Source of the DNA: a virus
Taxonomy: Duplodnaviria; Caudoviricetes
DNA: 52,942 nucleotides
Reading direction: 5' to 3' (one strand)
Virus record (IMG/VR): IMGVR_UViG_3300048080_000352
Location: 1-52,942 of that record
Shown: positions 8,557 through 17,152 of the stretch, in pieces
How positions within the stretch are numbered: the stretch's first letter is position 1
How the letters are laid out: every line of letters begins with the position of its first letter
Notes under the pieces: model-generated
Told to the model about the DNA's origin: nothing
The model's database searches: none
The model's input: the letters and a program-made list of their open reading frames with translations, nothing else
Made by a program: the position numbers and the translations under genes

Positions 8557-9135
8557 ATGGAGTCGGTGCCGATGATGGCGCTCACCCGCACCTGCGATCT
8601 CGCCGACTTCCCAGACGGCCACACGGTCGCCGACTGGCAGCAGGCGCTTGCGCAGGAGGCGTACGGCCGCCTGCCGGATCCGGTGGCCGGCACGATCCTC
8701 TGCATCAACTGGGGAGGCTGCGCCTTCACTGCGCCGGGGGCCGACCCGGTCTATCGCCTGAAGCACACCGGGGGAGGCCCGCGCGCCACCGACACCCTAG
8801 CCGCCGTCTTCGCGCTCTCGGTGCTCGATCGTCTCAACACAGAAGGTGGGCGCGGTGGTCCGCTCGGCTTCCTCCACACCCATGCCCTGCGCGTGCTGCC
8901 GGGCGGCCTGTTTTTCTGCACGTTCGCGTACTGGGATGCCGAAGGGCCCGACTGCGCGACCGGGCACGAGCGGCGCCGGCGGATCTACGACCGGCACTCC
9001 TGGCTGAAGCTCGTGAGCGAAGTCAAGGCGTACGGGCTGCGGCCCCTCGGCGAGGTCGACTGGACCTACCACGGGCACACACTCGGGGATCACACCCTAG
9101 CGTCCCTCGTCCTCACCAAAGGAGACCGCCCATGA
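8557..9135 (+). CDS. Diverged methyltransferase-like paralog
   Basis: FALSVLDRL, LPGGLFFCTF, RRIY, DWTYHG and SLVLTK parallel the 7845 gene; glycine motif degenerate. Confidence 0.65.
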   Translation: MESVPMMALTRTCDLADFPDGHTVADWQQALAQEAYGRLPDPVAGTILCINWGGCAFTAPGADPVYRLKHTGGGPRATDTLAAVFALSVLDRLNTEGGRGGPLGFLHTHALRVLPGGLFFCTFAYWDAEGPDCATGHERRRRIYDRHSWLKLVSEVKAYGLRPLGEVDWTYHGHTLGDHTLASLVLTKGDRP

Positions 9136-10391
9136 TCGACTACTTGGCGCGCGACTGTCGGCTCTGTGGCGGTCGCCTCGACTCGGTGCTGCATCTCGGC
9201 AATCTGAGTCTGTCGGACTTTCCGCCAGCCGACGCTCAGCCCGAGCCGCGGGTGCCGCTCGACCTCTGTGCCTGCCACGTCTGTGGCACCGTGCAACTCC
9301 GGCACACCGTCCCGCCCGACATCCTATTCCGACAGTACTGGTACCGCTCGGGCATCAACGAGATCATGCGGGCCGAACTCGCCGACGTGGTGACGCAGGC
9401 GCTGGCGCAGGTCGGCCGGCTGACGCAGCACGATCGGGTGGTCGACGTCGGGGCGAACGACGGGACGCTCCTCGCTGCCTATCGCACGCAGCCGAGGGCC
9501 CGGGACATCACCCGGATTGCGTTCGAGCCCGCGACAAACCTCCAGGAGATCCTGCACCCACAGACGGAGGTGCTGATCGCGGACTACTTTCCGGCGGGCC
9601 TGCAGCAGGTGGGTGGCGCGGCTGGGCGTGTGAAGATCCTCACCTCGATCGCCTGCTTCTATGCGGTGGACGCCCCCGACGCCTTTGTTGAGGCCGTCGC
9701 CGATCTGCTGCACCCAGAGGGGATCTGGATCGTGCAGTTCCAGGATCTCGACCAGATGATCAAGGCGACGGCATTCGACAACATCACCTTCGAGCATCTC
9801 GTCTACTACTCGCTCGCAAGTTTCGAGCAGTTGCTGGTGCCGCACGGGCTGAAGATCATCGATGCGGTCAGCCGCGCGATCAACGGCGGGAGCTACCGCC
9901 TCACGGTCGCCCGTGGGGCGCACAAGCCCGCGACCGGCCGCGTTGACACCCTCCGCGCGCGCGAAGCCGGCTGTCAGTCCTGGGAGACCCTCGAGCGGTT
10001 CGCCTGGCGCGTCGGGCAGGTCCGCGAGCAGATCACCGCCACCGTCGGCAGCCTGCGCGAGCAGGGCCGAACAATCGATTTGTATGCGGCGAGTACGAAG
10101 GCGAACACCACGCTGCAATATTGTGGGCTCGGCCCGGACGCGATTCGGCAGGCGTGGGAGCGCTCGCCGGAGAAGGTCGGGCGGCAGACGGTCACCGGGA
10201 TCCCGATTGTGAGTGAGGAGACTGGGCGGGCGGATCCCCCGGATGCGCTGCTGCTCGGCGCGTGGCAGTTCAAGGACGCGTTCGTGCAGCGGGAGGCGGA
10301 CTACCTGCGGCGCGGCGGCTCGATGATCGTGCCGCTGCCGGCGGTGGAGATCGTCACGGGGAACGGGAAGGTTGGGAGGGTGCCGGCGTGA
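9132..10391 (+). CDS. NDP-hexose C-methyltransferase (TylCIII/NovU-like)
   Basis: CRLCG...CHVC zinc motif, YWYRSG, DVGANDGTLL, FDNITFEHLVYYS, NGGS, YAASTKANT, LLGAWQF, IVPLP. Confidence 0.9.
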   Translation: MIDYLARDCRLCGGRLDSVLHLGNLSLSDFPPADAQPEPRVPLDLCACHVCGTVQLRHTVPPDILFRQYWYRSGINEIMRAELADVVTQALAQVGRLTQHDRVVDVGANDGTLLAAYRTQPRARDITRIAFEPATNLQEILHPQTEVLIADYFPAGLQQVGGAAGRVKILTSIACFYAVDAPDAFVEAVADLLHPEGIWIVQFQDLDQMIKATAFDNITFEHLVYYSLASFEQLLVPHGLKIIDAVSRAINGGSYRLTVARGAHKPATGRVDTLRAREAGCQSWETLERFAWRVGQVREQITATVGSLREQGRTIDLYAASTKANTTLQYCGLGPDAIRQAWERSPEKVGRQTVTGIPIVSEETGRADPPDALLLGAWQFKDAFVQREADYLRRGGSMIVPLPAVEIVTGNGKVGRVPA

Positions 10392-10540
10392 TGGTGCGGA
10401 ACGCGGTGATCCTCATCTTCCTGATCATGGCGGCGGGGCTCGTCGGGGCAGGGCTCGCGCCGTTCGGCGTGCCGCGGGCGCTGGTGTACGGGCTGGGGCT
10501 GTACCTGGTGGCGTACGTGTACGCGCGGGTGACACGGTAA
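10391..10540 (+). CDS. Small membrane protein (two hydrophobic segments)
   Basis: MVRNAVILIFLIMAAGLVGAG...LVYGLGLYLVAYVY. Confidence 0.65.
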   Translation: MVRNAVILIFLIMAAGLVGAGLAPFGVPRALVYGLGLYLVAYVYARVTR

Positions 10541-11031
10541 TGGGACGGCTTCAGCTCAAAGACAGCCCGCACGTAGACAAGCCGGAGTGGTGGTCGACCG
10601 ACGAATGGGCAACCCCGCAGCCCTTCATCGACCTGCTCGTCTCGCGCTATGGGCGACCCTTCGATCTCGATCCGTGCGCGCGCGCGGAGTCAGCGAAGGC
10701 GCCACGCTACTACACGATCGAGGATGACGGGCTCGCACAGCCGTGGGAGGGCTTCGTCTGGGTGAACCCCCCGTACAGCAATCCGAAGGCGTGGGTCGAG
10801 AAGGCGCTCGCCGAAGTGCGCCGGCCAGAGAACGCTGGGCGCATCTGGATCGTGCTGCTGCTGCCAGTGGCAATCGACACGGCGTGGTTTCACGATCTCA
10901 TCCTGCCGAACGCGGACATCGAGTTCGTGCGTGGGCGGCTGCGGTTCATCGGGTGGAAGGGGACGCCGATCGGATCGCCGACGGCGGGGAATGTGCTGGC
11001 GTTTCTTCCGAAGGGATGGAGTACAGCATGA
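10540..11031 (+). CDS. Phage DNA N6-adenine methyltransferase
   Basis: DEWATPQ, FDLDPCA, WVNPPYS, DTAWF, GRLRF (phage Dam-family pattern). Confidence 0.9.
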   Translation: MGRLQLKDSPHVDKPEWWSTDEWATPQPFIDLLVSRYGRPFDLDPCARAESAKAPRYYTIEDDGLAQPWEGFVWVNPPYSNPKAWVEKALAEVRRPENAGRIWIVLLLPVAIDTAWFHDLILPNADIEFVRGRLRFIGWKGTPIGSPTAGNVLAFLPKGWSTA

Positions 11032-12011
11032 ATCCTACCTGGGTGATTATGCCCGTCGTCGCCAACATGGAGATGACGCGCGCCGCGATCTCGGACGTCC
11101 TCGCGCAGTCGGTGCCCGTGCGGCTGCTGATCGTCAACCAAGGCTGTCCGGATGACATGCGGACAGAACTAGAGAGGATCGCGGAGGAACATTCCGAGCG
11201 TGTATTTTGCTGGCACCACATGCCGCCGCTGCTGAGTCTGGCGGCGACGTGGAACCGGGCGCTCGACTTCGTGTGGGAGACGGGCGGGGCGGAGGCACTG
11301 GTCGTCAACAACGATGTCCGCCTGCACGCTGGTACCGTACAGATACTCAGTACTGTACAGATCAGTACCCAGGCGCTCTTCGTCTCCTGTGTCGGCGTCA
11401 CCGAGGACCAGTTCGATGCACGGATGAATGAGGCGGAACTCTGGACCGCGGTAACCGGGCTGGCGCTCAACAACGTCGGGATCGTCCCGCCTGAGAATCG
11501 AGGCGGCCCCGATTTCTCCTGCTTCCTGATCTCCGCTGCCTGTCACGCCCACTTCCGCTTCGACGAGCACTTCACCCCCGCCTACTGCGAGGATCTCGAC
11601 TTCCACCGCCGCCTGATGCTCGCCGGCGAGGGCGCACGGATCTTCTCTGTCAACCTGCCGTACCTCCACTACGGCGCCGCGACCCTCAAGGCCGTCGACG
11701 AGAAGACGAAGGTGCGGATCGAGCGTGGCATCACCGACGGCAGCCGGGCGTACTACGCGCGGAAGTGGGGTGGGCCGGTGAATGAGGAGCGCTTCTGGGA
11801 GCCGTTCCAGCAGGGCAACCCTGATCTCGTTCGGCCTCCCTTGGAGATCGATCCGGCGATGCGGGCGCTCGACCAGCCGACCACGCCGAAGCTCCAGGCG
11901 TACGTGCAGCAACGCGCGCTCGCGCCGACCTTGACCGACGTCGCTGCGCTGGACGAACTTCTCGCCGATACCGAGGCGCCGGCAAGTCCGTGCGAGGAGA
12001 GCCATGACTGA
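11028..12011 (+). CDS. Glycosyltransferase family 2
   Basis: WVIMPV, LAATWNRAL, VVNNDV, FSCFLI, FDEHF.PAYCEDLDFHRR, H.GAAT. Confidence 0.88.
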   Translation: MNPTWVIMPVVANMEMTRAAISDVLAQSVPVRLLIVNQGCPDDMRTELERIAEEHSERVFCWHHMPPLLSLAATWNRALDFVWETGGAEALVVNNDVRLHAGTVQILSTVQISTQALFVSCVGVTEDQFDARMNEAELWTAVTGLALNNVGIVPPENRGGPDFSCFLISAACHAHFRFDEHFTPAYCEDLDFHRRLMLAGEGARIFSVNLPYLHYGAATLKAVDEKTKVRIERGITDGSRAYYARKWGGPVNEERFWEPFQQGNPDLVRPPLEIDPAMRALDQPTTPKLQAYVQQRALAPTLTDVAALDELLADTEAPASPCEESHD

Positions 12012-12534
12012 GTCGCGCGCCCGGATTGCCGGCCTGCTGGAGCAAATCGTTGTCGACATGCAGGCCGTGAGTGACGCCGTCGATGATGCGAACGGCACAT
12101 CCGACTATCAGGTTCGGTTGGTCGCGTTGGCGTTAATTGCACGGCATTATTTACGCGAACTCGCCCTCCTGCGGGCGCACCCGCGAGAGGACACGTCGAT
12201 CACGGGATTACTGGAGCGCTGGTCGGAGCGTGCCGCGGCGTGTGACGTGTGTCCGAGCGGGGATGACGAGTGGAACCAGGCAGAAGCGCACACACTCAGG
12301 CGGTGCGCGGACGAACTGCGGGCGCAGCCGTCCCCTAACCCGACAGAGCTATCCGATGCGGCGATCGGGCTGAAACAGGCCACGCGATTCGCACGCATTT
12401 TGAGCGACCTGCGGCAACTGTTAGGTCGTGATTCATGCACCTTCGACGAGCTACCCAAGTTACTTGCAGCCACACTCGCCGCGTCTCCCGCCGGGGCCCC
12501 GCCGTCCGTCCCGTCGATCACGGGGATACCGTAA
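12004..12534 (+). CDS. Hypothetical protein
   Basis: 176 aa, GAGGAG RBS, overlaps neighbours. Confidence 0.55.
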   Translation: MTESRARIAGLLEQIVVDMQAVSDAVDDANGTSDYQVRLVALALIARHYLRELALLRAHPREDTSITGLLERWSERAAACDVCPSGDDEWNQAEAHTLRRCADELRAQPSPNPTELSDAAIGLKQATRFARILSDLRQLLGRDSCTFDELPKLLAATLAASPAGAPPSVPSITGIP

Positions 12535-12707
12535 TGCTCAACCTCATCGTCAAGCTCGCGCTCCGAGCAGAGGACGAGTCGAATCTTGCCGCCATCGCCA
12601 GCGAGCTGAAGCGGCGCATCGAGACGCTGCCACCGCTCCGTCAGGAAAACATCAAGGCCGTGGCCGTGACTGCGGTTGCAGAGGAGAAGGAGAGCCATGC
12701 CGGGTAA
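12534..12707 (+). CDS. Hypothetical protein
   Basis: MLNLIVKLALRAED..., TAATG coupling. Confidence 0.55.
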   Translation: MLNLIVKLALRAEDESNLAAIASELKRRIETLPPLRQENIKAVAVTAVAEEKESHAG

Positions 12708-12978
12708 ACGCCTCGAGGATCTGCACCTCTCCGATCAGCCGATCGTCGCGCCGCCGGCCGTCGATCCGCGCGACACCGACTGGTACCGCTTCTGCCGCGA
12801 GATCGATGATCTCTACGCGACCGGGCACTACGAGTGGGCGTGCAAGACACTGTTCGACATCCAGGAGGCGGTCGAGTGGACGCACACGGTGTCGGAGGGG
12901 CAGCGGCGGGCGGTGGCGAATATCGAGGCGGCGCGCGGGCGGAGGGGGAGTCGGCGGTACGAAGGATTTGGTCGATGA
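12697..12978 (+). CDS. Hypothetical protein
   Basis: MPGKRLEDLHL..., AAGGAG RBS. Confidence 0.6.
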   Translation: MPGKRLEDLHLSDQPIVAPPAVDPRDTDWYRFCREIDDLYATGHYEWACKTLFDIQEAVEWTHTVSEGQRRAVANIEAARGRRGSRRYEGFGR

Positions 12979-13343
12979 TCGTCGTCTACATCGCCGGTCC
13001 CTACCGTGCCCCACACGCCTGGGCGATCGAGCAGAACATCCGGCGGGCGGAGGAACTCGCGCTGGCCGTCTGGCGGTCGGGGAGGGCGGCACTCTGCCCG
13101 CACACGAACACGCGCTTCTTCCAGGGCGCGGCAGAGGATCACGTCTGGCTCGACGGCGATCTCGAGCTGCTGAAGCGGTGCGATGCCATGCTGCTCGTGC
13201 CGGGGTGGGAGCGGTCGACGGGCGCGCTGGCTGAACGGGCGCAGGCGATGGCACTGGCGATCCCTGTGTTTGAGGATCTCGACAGGCTCCGAGAGTGGCA
13301 CACCTGCCGAGTCCTGAATCTACAGAAGCAGACGGCGCCGTGA
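12975..13343 (+). CDS. DUF1937/DUF4406-like nucleoside deoxyribosyltransferase-fold protein
   Basis: VYIAGPY, CPH, DLELLKRCDA, PGWERSTGA..E. Confidence 0.75.
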   Translation: MIVVYIAGPYRAPHAWAIEQNIRRAEELALAVWRSGRAALCPHTNTRFFQGAAEDHVWLDGDLELLKRCDAMLLVPGWERSTGALAERAQAMALAIPVFEDLDRLREWHTCRVLNLQKQTAP

Positions 13344-13348
13344 CCTAG

Positions 13349-16300
13349 ATGCCTCTCCTCCCCCATCCTCTCCCCTGTAGAGGCTGTGCCCTCGACGAGC
13401 GCGGCGAAGGCTTCGCCCCAGCCGACGGCCCCTCGAATAGCTGGCTGCTCCTCGTCGGCGAAGCGCTTGGCAAGGTCGAAGCGCTCACCGGGCGGCCGTT
13501 CATGGGAGACGCCGGCGGGATGCTCGCGCGTCTGTTCAATCTCCTCGGGTGGTCGCGCGACGCCGTCCGCATCCATAACGTGATCTCCTGCCGGCCGCCA
13601 GGCGACTGGTTCGACGAGCGCGCTCCCTGGTACTACCCGGCGATGAACCACTGCCCGTACCTCGCGACGACGCTCAACGATCGCCCGCAGGTGGTCGTCA
13701 CGATGGGCGGCACGGCGCTCCGCAAGGTGATGGGCTTCGAGCACATGAAGAAGATCCGTGTGCAGGACTTCCACGGCTCGATCCTCCGCGACCCGACCGA
13801 CCGCTTCTGGATCGTGCCGACCTACCATCCCTCGTTCCTGCAGCGTGGCGCCCACAATCTGATTGGCACGGTGCTTTGGGATCTACAGAAGGCGGTCGAG
13901 GCGAGGGATCACGGCCGGCCGGCCGATTCAGCCTCGCTCGTGATCGATCCGCCGGTCGAGTGGTTCAAGGCCTGGGTCGATCAGGTCGTCGCGGCTCGCC
14001 AGCACGACCCAGCGGCCTACCCCATCAGCTCCGACGTGGAAACGCCAGATAAGGCCGGGGGTAAGGACGAAGGCGAGATCACCGCGGAGGACCGATCGTT
14101 CCAGATCCTCCGCGTCAATGTGGCGTGTCACACCGATGAAGGTATCACGGTACCGTTTGTCGGCCCGTACATCGACGAGCTGCGCCGGCTGCATCAGTCG
14201 CCGGGCGCGATCTGGGAATGGAACTGCCCGACTCCCGATCAGTTAGTACTCACCGCAGACCTCCGGTGGATACCTGCGGGCGATCTGAAGGTCGGTGACG
14301 AGTTGGTAGGCTTTGACGAAACGCCGAGGCGCGCGGGCGTGCTAGCCCGCCGTCGGTACCGCACGACCACCGTCACACACGCAGACCATCGTCGAGCCGT
14401 CGTGTACGGGATCACACTCTCAGATGGCAGCTTTCTCAAGGTGACCGGGGAACACCGCTGGTACACCAGAAGCAGGCATGTTTTCGGTTGGCACGCAACG
14501 AAGGACCTCAAGGTTGGCCAGCGTATCCAGCGCCTATTCCAAACGTGGGAAACCGAGAGGTCATGGGAGCACGGCTATCTCGCAGGATTCTTCGACGGGG
14601 AGGGTTCTGTCTGCGTACAACGTGCGACACGCACGGTTCGCCTCCAAGCCGCGCAGCGTCGCGGACCCACGCTCGATCATGTACGTCAGGTCCTACGCGA
14701 TCTCGGCTTCAATCACCATCCGAAGTTCCCGAGCCGCGCGAAGGACGCGCACGTGGCGACCATACATATTCAGGGAGGCATCGCAGAGATCGCTCGGTTT
14801 CTCGGAGAGGTTAGGCCGCCGCGCCTGCTGCCGAAGTTCCAACCGGAACACCTAGGGGCGCTCCAATCGTGGCGGAAGCACGACGTGCGCGTCGTTCATA
14901 TCGACTGCCTGGGGGAGCAGGATATCGTCGGCCTCAGTACGAGTACGCACACCTACGTGCTAGAAGGCTTCGGCGCGCACAACTGTCAATACGACTTTCA
15001 ACGGCAGGTCCACGCCGGCCTGTTCACCGAAGCCGACTCGCCTCGCGTCGTCGATCTGATGCGGCTCGCCCATGTGCTACAGAGCGATCTCCCGCGTGGC
15101 CTGGGCTTCTGGGCGCCCTTCTACTCGGCCTTCGGTCCGTGGAAGCACCTCGCCGATCTCGACCCCGCCCGCTACGGCGCGATCGATGGCCTGCAGAACC
15201 ACCGCATCGGCTTCGGCGTGATCAGCGATCTGATCCAGCTCGGGATGTACGAGACCGCGCTGCGTCACTCGCATCGCCTCTTCGCGCGCGTGCTGCGGCC
15301 GGCGCAGCTCGTCGGCCTGAAGGTCGATCGGCAACGACTCGTCGTGTTCAAGCAGAATCTCGTGGACAAGGCCCGCGCGTCGCTCGCCGCCGTCCAGGCG
15401 TGCGTGCCCGAGGCGCTCGCGCCGCTCACGCCGAAGCAGGGCCTCACACGGCCGCCGCTCGCCGACGTCCTGCACGTGAAGGCGACCGCGTTCACCCGGA
15501 AGGGCACGCCGCGCGCCGGCAAGCCGGTGCCCGAGATCAAACAGGAGCTCTATGCCACGGCCCGCGTCATCGAAAGGGTCGTCCTCAAGGAAGTCCTCGT
15601 CTGCAAGACGTGCGGCGCTCTCGAAGTCGCTCGACGACATCGTTGCCCGGATCTTCCACGCGCACACGACGCTGCAGACGGGACTGATCGAGCTGGCCGA
15701 CGCGTGCCACAGCCTGTATTGGAGGTCGCTTCCGTCCAGCGCTGGTTCTGGCAAGAGCCGTTCAACCCCGACTCGCCGCCGCAGATCCTCGCCTACATCA
15801 AGTCCCGGAAGCACACGCCCGGCAAGGCCAAGAAAACCCACAAGGACTCCACCGATCGCGACACCCTCCTCCGGCTGACGAAGACCGGCGACCCGTTCTA
15901 CGACCACGTGCTCGACTACCGGGCCGTCCACAAGGTGAAGAGCACGTACGTGGAGGGAACCGAGCGCCGACTCGACGCCGACGATCGCCTGCACCCGCAG
16001 CCGACCGACAAGCCGTCGATGATGCGCCTGAGCTACGTCAACCCGAACATCACGAATGTCGTCGCCGACAAGGGTGCCGCACAAGGCGGACGAGGCGCGC
16101 TGGCGGCCGGTTTCCGGCGGTGCATCGTCGCGTCGCCGGGATGCCGATTATTAGAGGTCGATTTTTCTGCCATCGAGGCGAAGGAGACCGGCTGGTGGGC
16201 GCGTGATCCGTTCCTCATTCGGCTCGCGGCGCTCGGGATCCATTCGTACTTGATCGCCGTCCGCCTGAAGGATGCCCCGGATCTCTCCGCGCCTGACGAG

Positions 16301-17152
16301 GACATCGTCAAGCACCTGAAGGCGATCAAGACGAAGGCGGGGCCGCTCCTCTATGACCAGGTGAAGCACACCGTGTACGGCGTCTTCTATGGGCAGACGC
16401 CGCTGGGGCTCCACTATACGTGGCCGCATCTCTACCCGTCGCTGAAGGTCGCCGAGGAGCAGGTCCAGTTCATGTTCGCGCAGCTCCCGTCGGTGCAGAA
16501 GTTCCAGCACACGGTGTGCGATCTCGCCAGCCGGCAGCACTACCTTGGGGGCCCCGGTGTCCATCCCTTCGGCTACAAGCACTGGTTCTGGTCGATCTAC
16601 ACCTACCGGCGGCTGACCGCGACGCAGTACTACCGGATCGTCGCGAAGTACCAACGGGCGCACCTCGAGCCGCCGGTCACCGTGATCAATGGGCAGTACT
16701 TCCGGATCGCGCACGGCCCGGATGCGAACCGTGCGATCTCGTACTACCCGCAGAGCACCGCGGAGGGCGCGCTGGAGATGGCGCTGCTGCGGCTGCTCGA
16801 GGATCCCGACGCGCCCTCGTACATCGGCGACGCCTACTTCGGCCGCACGCCGCTGCGCGCCCCGATCCACGACTCGGGCCTCTTCGATATCCCGATCCGG
16901 CAGTGGGACCGCGTCGTCGAGCGCGTCTGCCTGGAGATGCAGCGGCCGGTTATCGAGCAGCCGATGCCGGCCGAGTGGGGCATGGGCGCACACCTGACGA
17001 TCGGGATCGCGGCGAAGGCCGGGCAGGATTGGGAGGCGATGGAGGAGTTCGAGGTGCCACGCGCAACGCCGAGTGCGCTCGACGGGGAGTTCGGGGCGCC
17101 GATGGAGATCGAAGATCTCGAAGACTGGCAAGACCTCGGCCGGGCCGTCTAG
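13349..17152 (+). CDS. polA: Family A DNA polymerase with N-terminal uracil-DNA glycosylase domain and an intein
   Basis: UDG family 4 motifs (CxxC, VGEALG, F.G.AG, CRPP, TYHPS); ExoI SDVET; RLS..PN; motif A DFSAIE; motif B KHTVYGVFYG; motif C IHDS. Confidence 0.93.
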   Translation: MPLLPHPLPCRGCALDERGEGFAPADGPSNSWLLLVGEALGKVEALTGRPFMGDAGGMLARLFNLLGWSRDAVRIHNVISCRPPGDWFDERAPWYYPAMNHCPYLATTLNDRPQVVVTMGGTALRKVMGFEHMKKIRVQDFHGSILRDPTDRFWIVPTYHPSFLQRGAHNLIGTVLWDLQKAVEARDHGRPADSASLVIDPPVEWFKAWVDQVVAARQHDPAAYPISSDVETPDKAGGKDEGEITAEDRSFQILRVNVACHTDEGITVPFVGPYIDELRRLHQSPGAIWEWNCPTPDQLVLTADLRWIPAGDLKVGDELVGFDETPRRAGVLARRRYRTTTVTHADHRRAVVYGITLSDGSFLKVTGEHRWYTRSRHVFGWHATKDLKVGQRIQRLFQTWETERSWEHGYLAGFFDGEGSVCVQRATRTVRLQAAQRRGPTLDHVRQVLRDLGFNHHPKFPSRAKDAHVATIHIQGGIAEIARFLGEVRPPRLLPKFQPEHLGALQSWRKHDVRVVHIDCLGEQDIVGLSTSTHTYVLEGFGAHNCQYDFQRQVHAGLFTEADSPRVVDLMRLAHVLQSDLPRGLGFWAPFYSAFGPWKHLADLDPARYGAIDGLQNHRIGFGVISDLIQLGMYETALRHSHRLFARVLRPAQLVGLKVDRQRLVVFKQNLVDKARASLAAVQACVPEALAPLTPKQGLTRPPLADVLHVKATAFTRKGTPRAGKPVPEIKQELYATARVIERVVLKEVLVCKTCGALEVARRHRCPDLPRAHDAADGTDRAGRRVPQPVLEVASVQRWFWQEPFNPDSPPQILAYIKSRKHTPGKAKKTHKDSTDRDTLLRLTKTGDPFYDHVLDYRAVHKVKSTYVEGTERRLDADDRLHPQPTDKPSMMRLSYVNPNITNVVADKGAAQGGRGALAAGFRRCIVASPGCRLLEVDFSAIEAKETGWWARDPFLIRLAALGIHSYLIAVRLKDAPDLSAPDEDIVKHLKAIKTKAGPLLYDQVKHTVYGVFYGQTPLGLHYTWPHLYPSLKVAEEQVQFMFAQLPSVQKFQHTVCDLASRQHYLGGPGVHPFGYKHWFWSIYTYRRLTATQYYRIVAKYQRAHLEPPVTVINGQYFRIAHGPDANRAISYYPQSTAEGALEMALLRLLEDPDAPSYIGDAYFGRTPLRAPIHDSGLFDIPIRQWDRVVERVCLEMQRPVIEQPMPAEWGMGAHLTIGIAAKAGQDWEAMEEFEVPRATPSALDGEFGAPMEIEDLEDWQDLGRAV
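14225..14983 (+). mobile_element. Intein with LAGLIDADG endonuclease in the polymerase exonuclease region
   Basis: Starts CPTPDQLVLTADLRW, block B TGEHRW, YLAGFFDGEGS, ends YVLEGFGAHN followed by Cys; removal restores WEWN-CQYDF. Confidence 0.92.

Noticed and set aside
8544-9131. Long N-terminal extension of the C-methyltransferase
   Set aside because: Overlaps the 8557 gene; the real start is ATG 9132 after an AAAGGAG RBS
11330-11370. GTAC-rich micro-duplication (TVQILSTVQIST) in GT2
   Set aside because: Short in-frame duplication with no evident function
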